Source: an uncultured Candidatus Saccharibacteria bacterium (lineage in GTDB: Bacteria; Patescibacteriota; Minisyncoccia; UBA6257). Taken from it: a DNA stretch of 64,000 bases. Shown piece after piece: positions 20,618-28,474 of the stretch. Numbering within the stretch: the first letter of the stretch is position 1; each line of letters begins with the position of its first letter. Location: NCBI GenBank assembly GCA_964479005.1, contig CAYZJA010000001.1, forward strand, positions 32,001-96,000, in the 5' to 3' direction. The notes beneath the pieces are model-generated. The model was not told where the DNA came from. It saw only the letters and a list, made by a program, of their open reading frames with translations, and did not search any database. The position numbers were made by a program, and so were the translations under genes.

Positions 20618-22729
20618 ATGTCCCCAAAAAGAAAATTTCATAATCATATAAAGCAAGTAGAAAAAAGAACAGGGGATATTGTTCTTTTTGATAAAAAGAA
20701 GATTGAGGAAGTTGTTTACAAAGCTTTAACAGCCACTGATGAAGGTGGTAAAGTTTTATCACGGCAATTATGCACTCGTGTAATAAAAATTTTAAACAGG
20801 AGATTTAAAAAAGAAGAAATTCCTACTGTAGAACAGATTCAGGATATTGTTGAAGAGGTTTTCATTTTAGAGAATTTGGTGGAAACAACAAAAGCTTATA
20901 TTTTATACCGTGAGCAGCGCAAGAAAATAAGAGAGAGTCGCATTGTTTCCGAAGAAGCAATAAGTTTAGTGGATGAATACTTGAAAGAAAAAGATTGGGA
21001 GGTAAAAGAAAATAGCAATATGGCTTTTTCTTTGCAGGGATTAAATCATTATGTTGCTGCTTATGTGGCAAAAAAATATTGGTTAAGGAAAATTTATCCG
21101 CCAGAAATTAGGGAAGCAGCTGAAACAGGCGATTTTCATATTCATAATTTGGATATTTTAGCTACTTATTGCTGCGGTTGGGATTTATATGATCTTTTGT
21201 TAAAAGGATTTGGCGGGGTTTTTGGCAAGATACAATCCAAACCTGCAAAACATTTTCGTCCTGCTTTAGGCCAAATAGTTAATTTTTTCTATACATTACA
21301 GGGAGAAGGGGCTGGTGCTCAGGCTTTTTCTAATTTTGACACTTTGTTAGCGCCTTTTATTCGTTATGATGATTTAAATTATAATGAGGTAAAACAATCC
21401 TTGCAGGAGTTTCTTTTTAATTGCAATGTTCCGACTAGGGTAGGGTTCCAAACTCCATTTGAAAACATTACATTGGATTTGAAAGTTCCAAATCATTTCA
21501 AAGACTTGCCTGTGATAATTGGCGGTCAGTCCCAGAAGGAAACTTATAAAGAGTTTCAGAAAGAAATGGATATGCTTAATCAGGCGCTTTGTGAGGTTTA
21601 TGTAGATGGTGACGCCAGTGGCAGAGTTTTTACTTTTCCCATTCCCACATATAACATTACTAAAGATTTTGATTGGAATAATCCAATTTATGATGGAATT
21701 TGGAAGATGACGGCAAAGTATGGCATTCCATATTTCTCAAATTTTATTAATTCTGATATGAGTCCTGACGATTCACGTTCAATGTGCTGCCGACTCAGGC
21801 TGGATAACAGAGAGCTTTATAAACGCGGGGGAGGATTGTTCGGAGCAGCGCCCTTAACAGGAAGTATTGGCGTAATAACCATTAATATGCCTCGCTTAGC
21901 ATATTTATCAAAAACAAAAAAAGAATTTTTCCAAAGATTAGCTGATTTAATGGATTTAGCAAAGGTTAGTTTAGAAATAAAAAGGAAAGTTTTGGAAGAT
22001 TGGACAGACAAGGGGCTTTATCCTTATGCGCAACATTATTTAGATGGAGTAAAAAAGATGAGGGGTTATTATTGGGGCAATCATTTTTCCACTATCGGAT
22101 TGATTGGAATGAATGAAGCTTTGCTTAATTTTTTGGGAATAAATATTGCAAATAAGAAGGGCATAGAATTTACTTTAGAAGTATTAGATTTTATGCGCGA
22201 TAAATTAGTAGAATATCAGGAAGAAACTGGAAATATGTATAATTTGGAAGCTACTCCTGCTGAAGGGACATCTTATCGTTTGGCGCTAAAAGACAAGAAA
22301 AAATATCCTGATATTATTACTGCAGGGGAAAAAGAACCTTATTATACCAATTCCACCCAATTGCCTGTAAATTATACAGATGATTTATTTGAAGCTTTGA
22401 AATTGCAGGATGAATTACAAACAAAATATACTGGCGGTACGGTATTTCATGCTTTTTTAGGGGAGGCAGTGTCTAATTCTGAATCAGTAAAATCTTTAAT
22501 TAAGATTGTTTTTGAAAAATTCCGTTTGCCGTATTTTACTCTTACGCCTACTTTTTCTGTTTGTCCTATTCATGGATATATAGCAGGGGAACATTTTATT
22601 TGTCCAAAATGCACAATAGAACAAACTTGCGAGGTTTATTCCAGAATTGTCGGATATTTGCGTCCTGTACAACAATGGCATAAAGGAAAACAAGAAGAAT
22701 TTGGAGAACGTTCCACCTTTAAAATATAA
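20618..22729 (+). CDS. nrdD: Anaerobic (class III) ribonucleoside-triphosphate reductase
   Basis: N-terminal ATP-cone, Cys-rich C-terminus CPKCT, glycyl-radical motif RIVGYLRPV. Start set at MSPKRKF. Confidence 0.9.
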   Translation: MSPKRKFHNHIKQVEKRTGDIVLFDKKKIEEVVYKALTATDEGGKVLSRQLCTRVIKILNRRFKKEEIPTVEQIQDIVEEVFILENLVETTKAYILYREQRKKIRESRIVSEEAISLVDEYLKEKDWEVKENSNMAFSLQGLNHYVAAYVAKKYWLRKIYPPEIREAAETGDFHIHNLDILATYCCGWDLYDLLLKGFGGVFGKIQSKPAKHFRPALGQIVNFFYTLQGEGAGAQAFSNFDTLLAPFIRYDDLNYNEVKQSLQEFLFNCNVPTRVGFQTPFENITLDLKVPNHFKDLPVIIGGQSQKETYKEFQKEMDMLNQALCEVYVDGDASGRVFTFPIPTYNITKDFDWNNPIYDGIWKMTAKYGIPYFSNFINSDMSPDDSRSMCCRLRLDNRELYKRGGGLFGAAPLTGSIGVITINMPRLAYLSKTKKEFFQRLADLMDLAKVSLEIKRKVLEDWTDKGLYPYAQHYLDGVKKMRGYYWGNHFSTIGLIGMNEALLNFLGINIANKKGIEFTLEVLDFMRDKLVEYQEETGNMYNLEATPAEGTSYRLALKDKKKYPDIITAGEKEPYYTNSTQLPVNYTDDLFEALKLQDELQTKYTGGTVFHAFLGEAVSNSESVKSLIKIVFEKFRLPYFTLTPTFSVCPIHGYIAGEHFICPKCTIEQTCEVYSRIVGYLRPVQQWHKGKQEEFGERSTFKI

Positions 22730-22732
22730 ATT

Positions 22733-23428
22733 ATGTTGTTTGGCGGTCTACAAAAAACAACTTTAGTTGATTATCCGGGGAAAGTGGCAGCTACTGTTTT
22801 CGCTGTTGGCTGTAATTTTCGTTGTCCATATTGTCATAATCCAGAATTAGTTTTACCAGAATTAATAAAAAAACAGCCAAAAATTACAGAAAAAGAAATT
22901 CTTGATTTTTTAAAAGAACGCCAGAAATTATTAGAAGGATTATGTATTACTGGAGGAGAACCCACTATTCAACCTGATTTAATTGATTTTATAAAAAAAG
23001 TAAAGGATTTGGGTTTTTTGATAAAATTAGACACGAATGGTTCTTGCCCAGATGTTTTAAATAGTTTAATCGAGGAAAAGTTAATAGACTATGTGGCAAT
23101 GGATATAAAAGCGCCGAAAGAAAAATATGAAATTTTTAGTGAAGATGAGAAGATTATAGAAAAAGTTAATAAAAGTATTGAATTATTAAAGAAAGATAAA
23201 ATTGATTATGGATTTAGAACAACTTTGGTGTCTGATATTTTAGATGAGCAGGATATTTTGGCCATTGTTAATTGGATAAAATTCGCTCCTCATTATTATC
23301 TTCAGCGTTTTCAAAAAGGCAAGGTTTTGGATGAGAAATTTCAAAATGCCCAACCGTGGTCAGAACAAAGAACAAAGCAACTATTAAAAAAAATAAAACC
23401 GTATTTTTCCAAATGTAGTATAAGATGA
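22733..23428 (+). CDS. nrdG: Anaerobic RNR activating enzyme (radical SAM)
   Basis: GCNFRCPYCHNPELV (CxxxCxxC), immediately after nrdD. Confidence 0.85.
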   Translation: MLFGGLQKTTLVDYPGKVAATVFAVGCNFRCPYCHNPELVLPELIKKQPKITEKEILDFLKERQKLLEGLCITGGEPTIQPDLIDFIKKVKDLGFLIKLDTNGSCPDVLNSLIEEKLIDYVAMDIKAPKEKYEIFSEDEKIIEKVNKSIELLKKDKIDYGFRTTLVSDILDEQDILAIVNWIKFAPHYYLQRFQKGKVLDEKFQNAQPWSEQRTKQLLKKIKPYFSKCSIR

Positions 23429-24819
23429 CGCTCTCGGCTTCAAAAGTATTTCGTCAATGCGGGGCGTCTTTTTTAATTGGTGTAATTTTATCTTATTACT
23501 TTTCCTTATCTGTTGTTTTCTTCTTTGCTTTCTTACTTTGCGTTTATCTTTATTATAAAAGAAAAGAATTTATTGTTTTGATTTTAGTTTTATTAAGTTT
23601 ATTTTTAGGGGGATATCGATATTTTGTTGTTTTTAGAGAATTAAAAAATACTGCAATTGTGGAAGAAGTGCAAATAGAAATCAAAGCTCCAATTATTGCA
23701 GAGCCTATTCTTAAAGAGAATTATCAAAGAATTATCATCTCAAAAATTGTTATCTATGCAGATAGATATCCTCGTTATCATTATGGGGATATTATAAATA
23801 TTAAAGGCAAAGTTAAACCCTTTTCTGACTTTCGTTCATATAGCTCAATAATTGTTTCTGGAAGAATGAGTTATCCCTCAATTGAGCTTTTTTCTCCAGC
23901 TAAATTTTCTTTGAGAAGAGCCGCTTTATTAGTAAAAAATAAAATTACATCATCTTTACAAAAAATAATTCCTGAACCCAAATCCAGCCTTCTTATTAGT
24001 TTAATGTTTGGCGCTAAAAATAATTTAACGTCTATTTTGGAAGAACAAATAAGAAGATGTGGTTTATCTCACGTTATTGTCGCGTCTGGCCTTCATTTAT
24101 CAATAATAGCAAAAGCGCTTTCTGGTTTTCTTGATATTTTATGTATGAGTAATTCTGTTAATTTTATTATTTCTTTTCTGTTTATATTAAGCTTTGCTTT
24201 TATGGCAGGTTTAACTCCGTCTATTATTCGGGCTGCTATTATGGCGTCTTTATTGATTTTATCCCGTTTCAGTTTTCGTCTTTACAATTCCTTTAATGCT
24301 CTGCTTTTAGCTGCTGTGATAATGATTTGGTTAAATCCTTTGGTTCTTTTTTGGGATTTGGGTTTTCAACTTTCTTTTTTAGCTACTGCAGGGATAATTT
24401 TTCTTTATCCTATATGGAAAGAAAGTCCATTTTGGCAACAAGATTGGTTTAATCAAAAAGGCCAGATTATCAGGGAAACAGCTCTTTCTACATTTTCAGC
24501 TTTAACATTTGTTATTCCTTGGGTGATATTTAAAATGCAGGTTTTTTCTCTGGTTTCTCCAATTACAAATCTTTTAATCCTTCCTTTGGTTCCTTTAATA
24601 ATGGCAGGCGGAGCAATTGTAGCGATTTCTTCTTTATTGTTTTATCCATTAGGGCTTTTTCTCGGGGCTTTGCTTAATTTAATTCTTGCCTATTTCCTAA
24701 AAGTTATTTCATTATTTTCTTCTTTGCCTTGGTCGCAGATTTATATTCCATCCATTTTACATTGGCTCATTATTCCTTATTATATTTTTCTTTTCTTCTA
24801 CATTCGCAAAAGAACATGA
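23425..24819 (+). CDS. comEC: ComEC/Rec2 competence channel, membrane domain
   Basis: Polytopic membrane protein with the ComEC signature LSHVIVASGLHLSIIA. Confidence 0.8.
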   Translation: MTLSASKVFRQCGASFLIGVILSYYFSLSVVFFFAFLLCVYLYYKRKEFIVLILVLLSLFLGGYRYFVVFRELKNTAIVEEVQIEIKAPIIAEPILKENYQRIIISKIVIYADRYPRYHYGDIINIKGKVKPFSDFRSYSSIIVSGRMSYPSIELFSPAKFSLRRAALLVKNKITSSLQKIIPEPKSSLLISLMFGAKNNLTSILEEQIRRCGLSHVIVASGLHLSIIAKALSGFLDILCMSNSVNFIISFLFILSFAFMAGLTPSIIRAAIMASLLILSRFSFRLYNSFNALLLAAVIMIWLNPLVLFWDLGFQLSFLATAGIIFLYPIWKESPFWQQDWFNQKGQIIRETALSTFSALTFVIPWVIFKMQVFSLVSPITNLLILPLVPLIMAGGAIVAISSLLFYPLGLFLGALLNLILAYFLKVISLFSSLPWSQIYIPSILHWLIIPYYIFLFFYIRKRT

Positions 24820-25640
24820 AAAAACTTTTTAAGTATTTTTTAATAATTTTCATTTGTGCCAACATTTTTGCTTATTGGATTATTCTTGATTTTCTTTATA
24901 TGCCTAAAGGTGAAGTGAGTTTTTTATCTGTTGGACAGGGTGATGCTCAACTTATTCAAATTTTAGCTGGCAATATTTTAATTGACGCTGGCCCTGACGC
25001 GAAAATTCTTTCTGAATTAGACAAATTATTGCCTTTTTACGACAGGACAATTGATCTATTTATACTTTCTCACCCTAACAAAGACCATCTTAATGGTCTG
25101 TTTGATATATTGGAAAGATATAAAATTAGGGCTGTAATGCTTAATAATTTATCTTATTCTAGTTCTTTGTTTCAAAAACTGCTCCAAGAATTAGACAAAA
25201 GAGGAATATTGATAATTAAGGGAATAACTGGTGTAAATGTAAGTTGGGAAAATCAAGACAATCTTTTATTTCTTTATCCAGATACAATGGTTTCTTCCAG
25301 GCAAGATCCTAATAAATTTAGTTCGGTTAATATGTTATTTTTGGGACAAAATTGTTTTCTTTTTACTGGAGACATTAGTTTTGCCCAAGAAAAGAAAATC
25401 CTGCCTTTGCTTTCCTGTTCTAATGATAATTCTCACATACTAAAAGTGCCGCATCATGGTTCTCGTTATTCATCTTCCAATCTGTTTTTAGAAAAATTTA
25501 AACCTCAAATAGCGGTTATTGAGGTAGGGGAAAACAGTTATGGTCATCCACATCCTGACACGCTTGAGCGTTTAAAAAACATTGGCGCTCAAATCTTTCG
25601 CACTGATTTAGACGGTACAATCCGTTTTAAAATTAAATAG
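24816..25640 (+). CDS. ComEC C-terminal metallo-beta-lactamase domain, encoded as a separate coupled ORF
   Basis: MBL motifs HPNKDHLNG and VPHHGSR. Its ATG overlaps the upstream stop as ATGA. Confidence 0.75.
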   Translation: MKKLFKYFLIIFICANIFAYWIILDFLYMPKGEVSFLSVGQGDAQLIQILAGNILIDAGPDAKILSELDKLLPFYDRTIDLFILSHPNKDHLNGLFDILERYKIRAVMLNNLSYSSSLFQKLLQELDKRGILIIKGITGVNVSWENQDNLLFLYPDTMVSSRQDPNKFSSVNMLFLGQNCFLFTGDISFAQEKKILPLLSCSNDNSHILKVPHHGSRYSSSNLFLEKFKPQIAVIEVGENSYGHPHPDTLERLKNIGAQIFRTDLDGTIRFKIK

Positions 25641-25678
25641 TTGCCTAATAACGCTTTTTATTATACAATAAAAACATT

Positions 25679-27088
25679 ATGCGCCTTTGGATAAAAGATA
25701 CTCCACAACATATTGATAAAGAGATAACCCTTTATGGATGGGTAGATTCCCGTAGAGATCACGGGAAGATTATTTTTATTGATTTGCGCGACAGAACAGA
25801 AAAAGTACAAGTTGTTTTTTCCCCAGACAAAAAAGAAACTTATGAATTAGGCAATAAACTGCGTCCAGAATGGGTTATAGAGATAAAGGGCGTTGTGAAG
25901 GCTCGTCCCAAATCAATGGAAAATCCCAAAATGCCAACTGGCTCCATAGAAATTGAAGCAACTGGTTTAAAAATATTAAGTGAAGCGCTTACTCCGCCAT
26001 TTGATTTATCAACTGATGGCAAGGATGTTAAAGAAGAAGTGCGTTTAAAATATAGATATTTGGATTTGCGTCGAGAACGCTTGAGTAAAAATATTGTTTA
26101 TAGGCATAAAATAATTAAGTTTATTCGCGATTTTCTTTCTGATGATGGTTTTATAGAAGTGGAAACGCCTATTTTAACTAAATCTACTCCAGAAGGAGCC
26201 CGTGATTATATTGTACCTTCCCGTCTAGATCCTGGAAAATTTTATGCTTTACCACAAAGCCCCCAACAATATAAACAACTTTTAATGGTGGCTGGGCTTG
26301 AAAGATATTTTCAAATTGCCCGTTGTTTTCGGGACGAAGATACGCGTGGCGACAGACAACCTGAATTTACCCAATTAGATTTGGAAATGGATTTTCCTAC
26401 GCAAGAGGACATTTTAAGTTTAATAGAAAATTTATTCAAGCAATTAATTGAAAAAATTTATCCTGAGAAAAAGATTAAAGAATTTCCTTTTCCGCGCATT
26501 AGCTATAAAGATGCAATTGAAAAATATAAATCAGACAAGCCTGATTTGAGAAAAGATAAAAACAATCCAAATGAATTAGCTTTTGCTTTTGTTGTTGACT
26601 TTCCTCTTTTTGAATTTAAAAAAGAAGAAAAGAAATGGGGAGCTGTTCATCATCCATTTACAAGGCCTAAATTAGAAAAAGACGAAACAGTTGAGCAGTT
26701 GATTAAAAGAATTAAAAAAGATCCAGGTAAACCATTTGCCGACCAGTATGATTTTGTTTTAAATGGTTATGAGATTGGAGGTGGTTCTTTAAGAATTCAT
26801 GAGCCAAAATTATTGCAAGCTATTTTTGAACTATTAGGTCATAAAAAAGAAGACATTGTAGAAAAATTTGGCCATTTAATAGGAGCGTTTAAATACGGAG
26901 TTCCTCCTCATGGAGGTATTGCATTGGGGCTTGATAGAATTGTAATGATTTTTGAAGATGAACCGAGTATTCGGGAAGTAATTGCTTTTCCTAAAACCGG
27001 AGACGGCAAAGATTTAATGATGAATGCTCCAGCAGAAGTGGATGAAAAGCAGTTGAAGGATCTTCACATTAAGACTTTAAAATCTTAA
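25679..27088 (+). CDS. aspS: Aspartyl-tRNA synthetase (short form without the GAD insertion)
   Basis: OB-fold N-domain, motif 2 FRDEDTRGDRQPEFTQLDLEM, motif 3 GGGSLRIH. DKPDLR runs straight into VVDFPLFE, so there is no GAD domain. Confidence 0.9.
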   Translation: MRLWIKDTPQHIDKEITLYGWVDSRRDHGKIIFIDLRDRTEKVQVVFSPDKKETYELGNKLRPEWVIEIKGVVKARPKSMENPKMPTGSIEIEATGLKILSEALTPPFDLSTDGKDVKEEVRLKYRYLDLRRERLSKNIVYRHKIIKFIRDFLSDDGFIEVETPILTKSTPEGARDYIVPSRLDPGKFYALPQSPQQYKQLLMVAGLERYFQIARCFRDEDTRGDRQPEFTQLDLEMDFPTQEDILSLIENLFKQLIEKIYPEKKIKEFPFPRISYKDAIEKYKSDKPDLRKDKNNPNELAFAFVVDFPLFEFKKEEKKWGAVHHPFTRPKLEKDETVEQLIKRIKKDPGKPFADQYDFVLNGYEIGGGSLRIHEPKLLQAIFELLGHKKEDIVEKFGHLIGAFKYGVPPHGGIALGLDRIVMIFEDEPSIREVIAFPKTGDGKDLMMNAPAEVDEKQLKDLHIKTLKS

Positions 27089-27104
27089 ACCTTTGTGCTA
27101 TAAT

Positions 27105-27258
27105 GCACTGGGTCTTGCCGGATTAAGGAACGATTCAGGACAAGTTGGTTTTCAAAGGGAGCTCAATGTCTTTTGTCCTGTTGGGCAAAAGCGCGAGCAC
27201 CCACTTTACTACTAGCTGATTCGACCTTAGTTGCGGGTAAGGCCCGTTATTTATACTT
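27105..27258 (+). ncRNA. GC-rich structured intergenic element, candidate small ncRNA of unknown class
   Basis: Local GC is well above background. Closing helix GGGUCUUGCC / GGUAAGGCCC (10 bp with G-U pairs). Internal helix CAGGACAA / UUGUCCUG. Lies between aspS and rpmB. Confidence 0.35.
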
Positions 27259-27277
27259 TTAAACCTTTTATATAATT

Positions 27278-27469
27278 ATGTCACGAGTTTGCTCAATTTG
27301 CGGAAAAAGCTATCAGAATGCCATTAAATACAAAAAAGTTCATTCAGCTTATAACCCAACTTCCCGGCATCGTCAGATGCCTAATTTGCAATGGTTTAGA
27401 ATGCCAGACGGCAAAAGAGTAAAGGCTTGCACTAAATGCCGCAAACGCCTTTCCAAAACAATCTCTTAA
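27278..27469 (+). CDS. rpmB: 50S ribosomal protein bL28
   Basis: MSRVCSICGK...PNLQ...ACTKCRK: L28 N-terminus and the PNLQ motif. Confidence 0.8.
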   Translation: MSRVCSICGKSYQNAIKYKKVHSAYNPTSRHRQMPNLQWFRMPDGKRVKACTKCRKRLSKTIS

Positions 27470-27475
27470 ACCTTT

Positions 27476-27688
27476 ATGAAAAAGGTAAAAATAGATAAAC
27501 AAAAATGCCTCGGTTGCGGAGTATGTATTAGTCTTTGCCCCGAGGTTTTTGAATTAAAGGACGGAAAATCACAAATAAAAGGAAAAGTTGATTTTAAAAA
27601 ACACAAAGATTGTATTAAAGAAGTAATTGATTCCTGCCCTGTAAATGCGATATCATCAGTCATTGCGAGCAAAGGGAAGCAATCTTAA
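27476..27688 (+). CDS. Small 4Fe-4S ferredoxin
   Basis: CLGCGVCISLCP cluster motif plus a distal CP. Confidence 0.8.
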   Translation: MKKVKIDKQKCLGCGVCISLCPEVFELKDGKSQIKGKVDFKKHKDCIKEVIDSCPVNAISSVIASKGKQS

Positions 27689-27730
27689 TTACTAGTTATT
27701 TGGTTGTTTTTTCACTTTTGATTTTCTTCC

Positions 27731-27807
27731 CGGGGTGTGGCCTAGTGGTTTAGGGCGCTCGCATGGGGTGCGAGAGATCTTCGCAGGTTCGAGTCCCGCC
27801 AGCCCGA
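27731..27807 (+). tRNA. tRNA-Pro (anticodon GGG)-like gene with a long variable region
   Basis: Perfect anticodon stem CTCGC/GCGAG with loop ATGGGGT; D-arm with GG; T-loop GGTTCGAGTCC. One G-G mismatch in the acceptor stem, one A-C mismatch in the T stem, and an 8-nt variable region. Overlaps the 3' end of rlmE on the opposite strand. Confidence 0.55.
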
Positions 27808-28386
27808 CAAAACAACAAATACTTCTTTACTTCTTTTCCGCGTTGCTTTGGGTCTGAACATTTTAAAGAATTTAAAAAGCGAAGATACTTTTTTAGCTAA
27901 AAAATGAACATCATTACTTTCAAAGGCTTTACAAACAAAAGAGCCTTCTTTTTTTAATAAAGGGGGAATAAAAGAAAAAGCTTTTTTGATTAATTCAAGA
28001 GAGCGTTCGCTATCAACATCTTTAATTCCAGAAGTTGCTGGAGCAAGATCAGATATAATCACATTGAATTTATCTGGAAGATTATTTTTTTTAAGCAAAT
28101 TTTGAATTTTCTCAACTTTTAGCTTAAAAATATCTTTTTGAAGGAAAATAGCTTTGGTAGAAACAGTAATTGGCTTTAAATCTACTCCCACAACTTTTCC
28201 ATTGGGTTGAATAACTTTTTGGGCGTAAAGTAACCAAGAACCTGGGAAACAACCAAGGTCCAAAACTAAGTCACCAGGTTTAAAAATATGGAATCTTTCG
28301 TCAATTTCTTTTAGTTTATAAACTGAACGGGCAGGATAGCCCTCTTTTTTTGCTTTTTTGAAATAATGGTCTTGGGATTTATACAT
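27742..28386 (-). CDS. rlmE: 23S rRNA (uridine-2'-O)-methyltransferase RlmE/FtsJ
   Basis: SAM-binding region VLDLGCFPGSWLLYA and the FtsJ fold motifs. The C-terminal ~20 codons overlap the tRNA on the other strand. Confidence 0.85.
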   Translation of the reverse strand: MYKSQDHYFKKAKKEGYPARSVYKLKEIDERFHIFKPGDLVLDLGCFPGSWLLYAQKVIQPNGKVVGVDLKPITVSTKAIFLQKDIFKLKVEKIQNLLKKNNLPDKFNVIISDLAPATSGIKDVDSERSLELIKKAFSFIPPLLKKEGSFVCKAFESNDVHFLAKKVSSLFKFFKMFRPKATRKRSKEVFVVLSGWRDSNLRRSLAPHASALNH

Positions 28387-28474
28387 TATGTTCAGTATAA
28401 GGAATAAAAATTAAGAGGGCAAGGATATTAATATGTGATTGTGAATAAAGCACAATCATAGTAAAATAATATTA

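Noticed and set aside
27105-27258. Assignment of the GC-rich element as bacterial SRP RNA (4.5S).
   Set aside because: I could not find the GNRA-capped domain IV helix with the conserved AGCAGC/GGAA features by eye. It is left as an unclassified candidate ncRNA.
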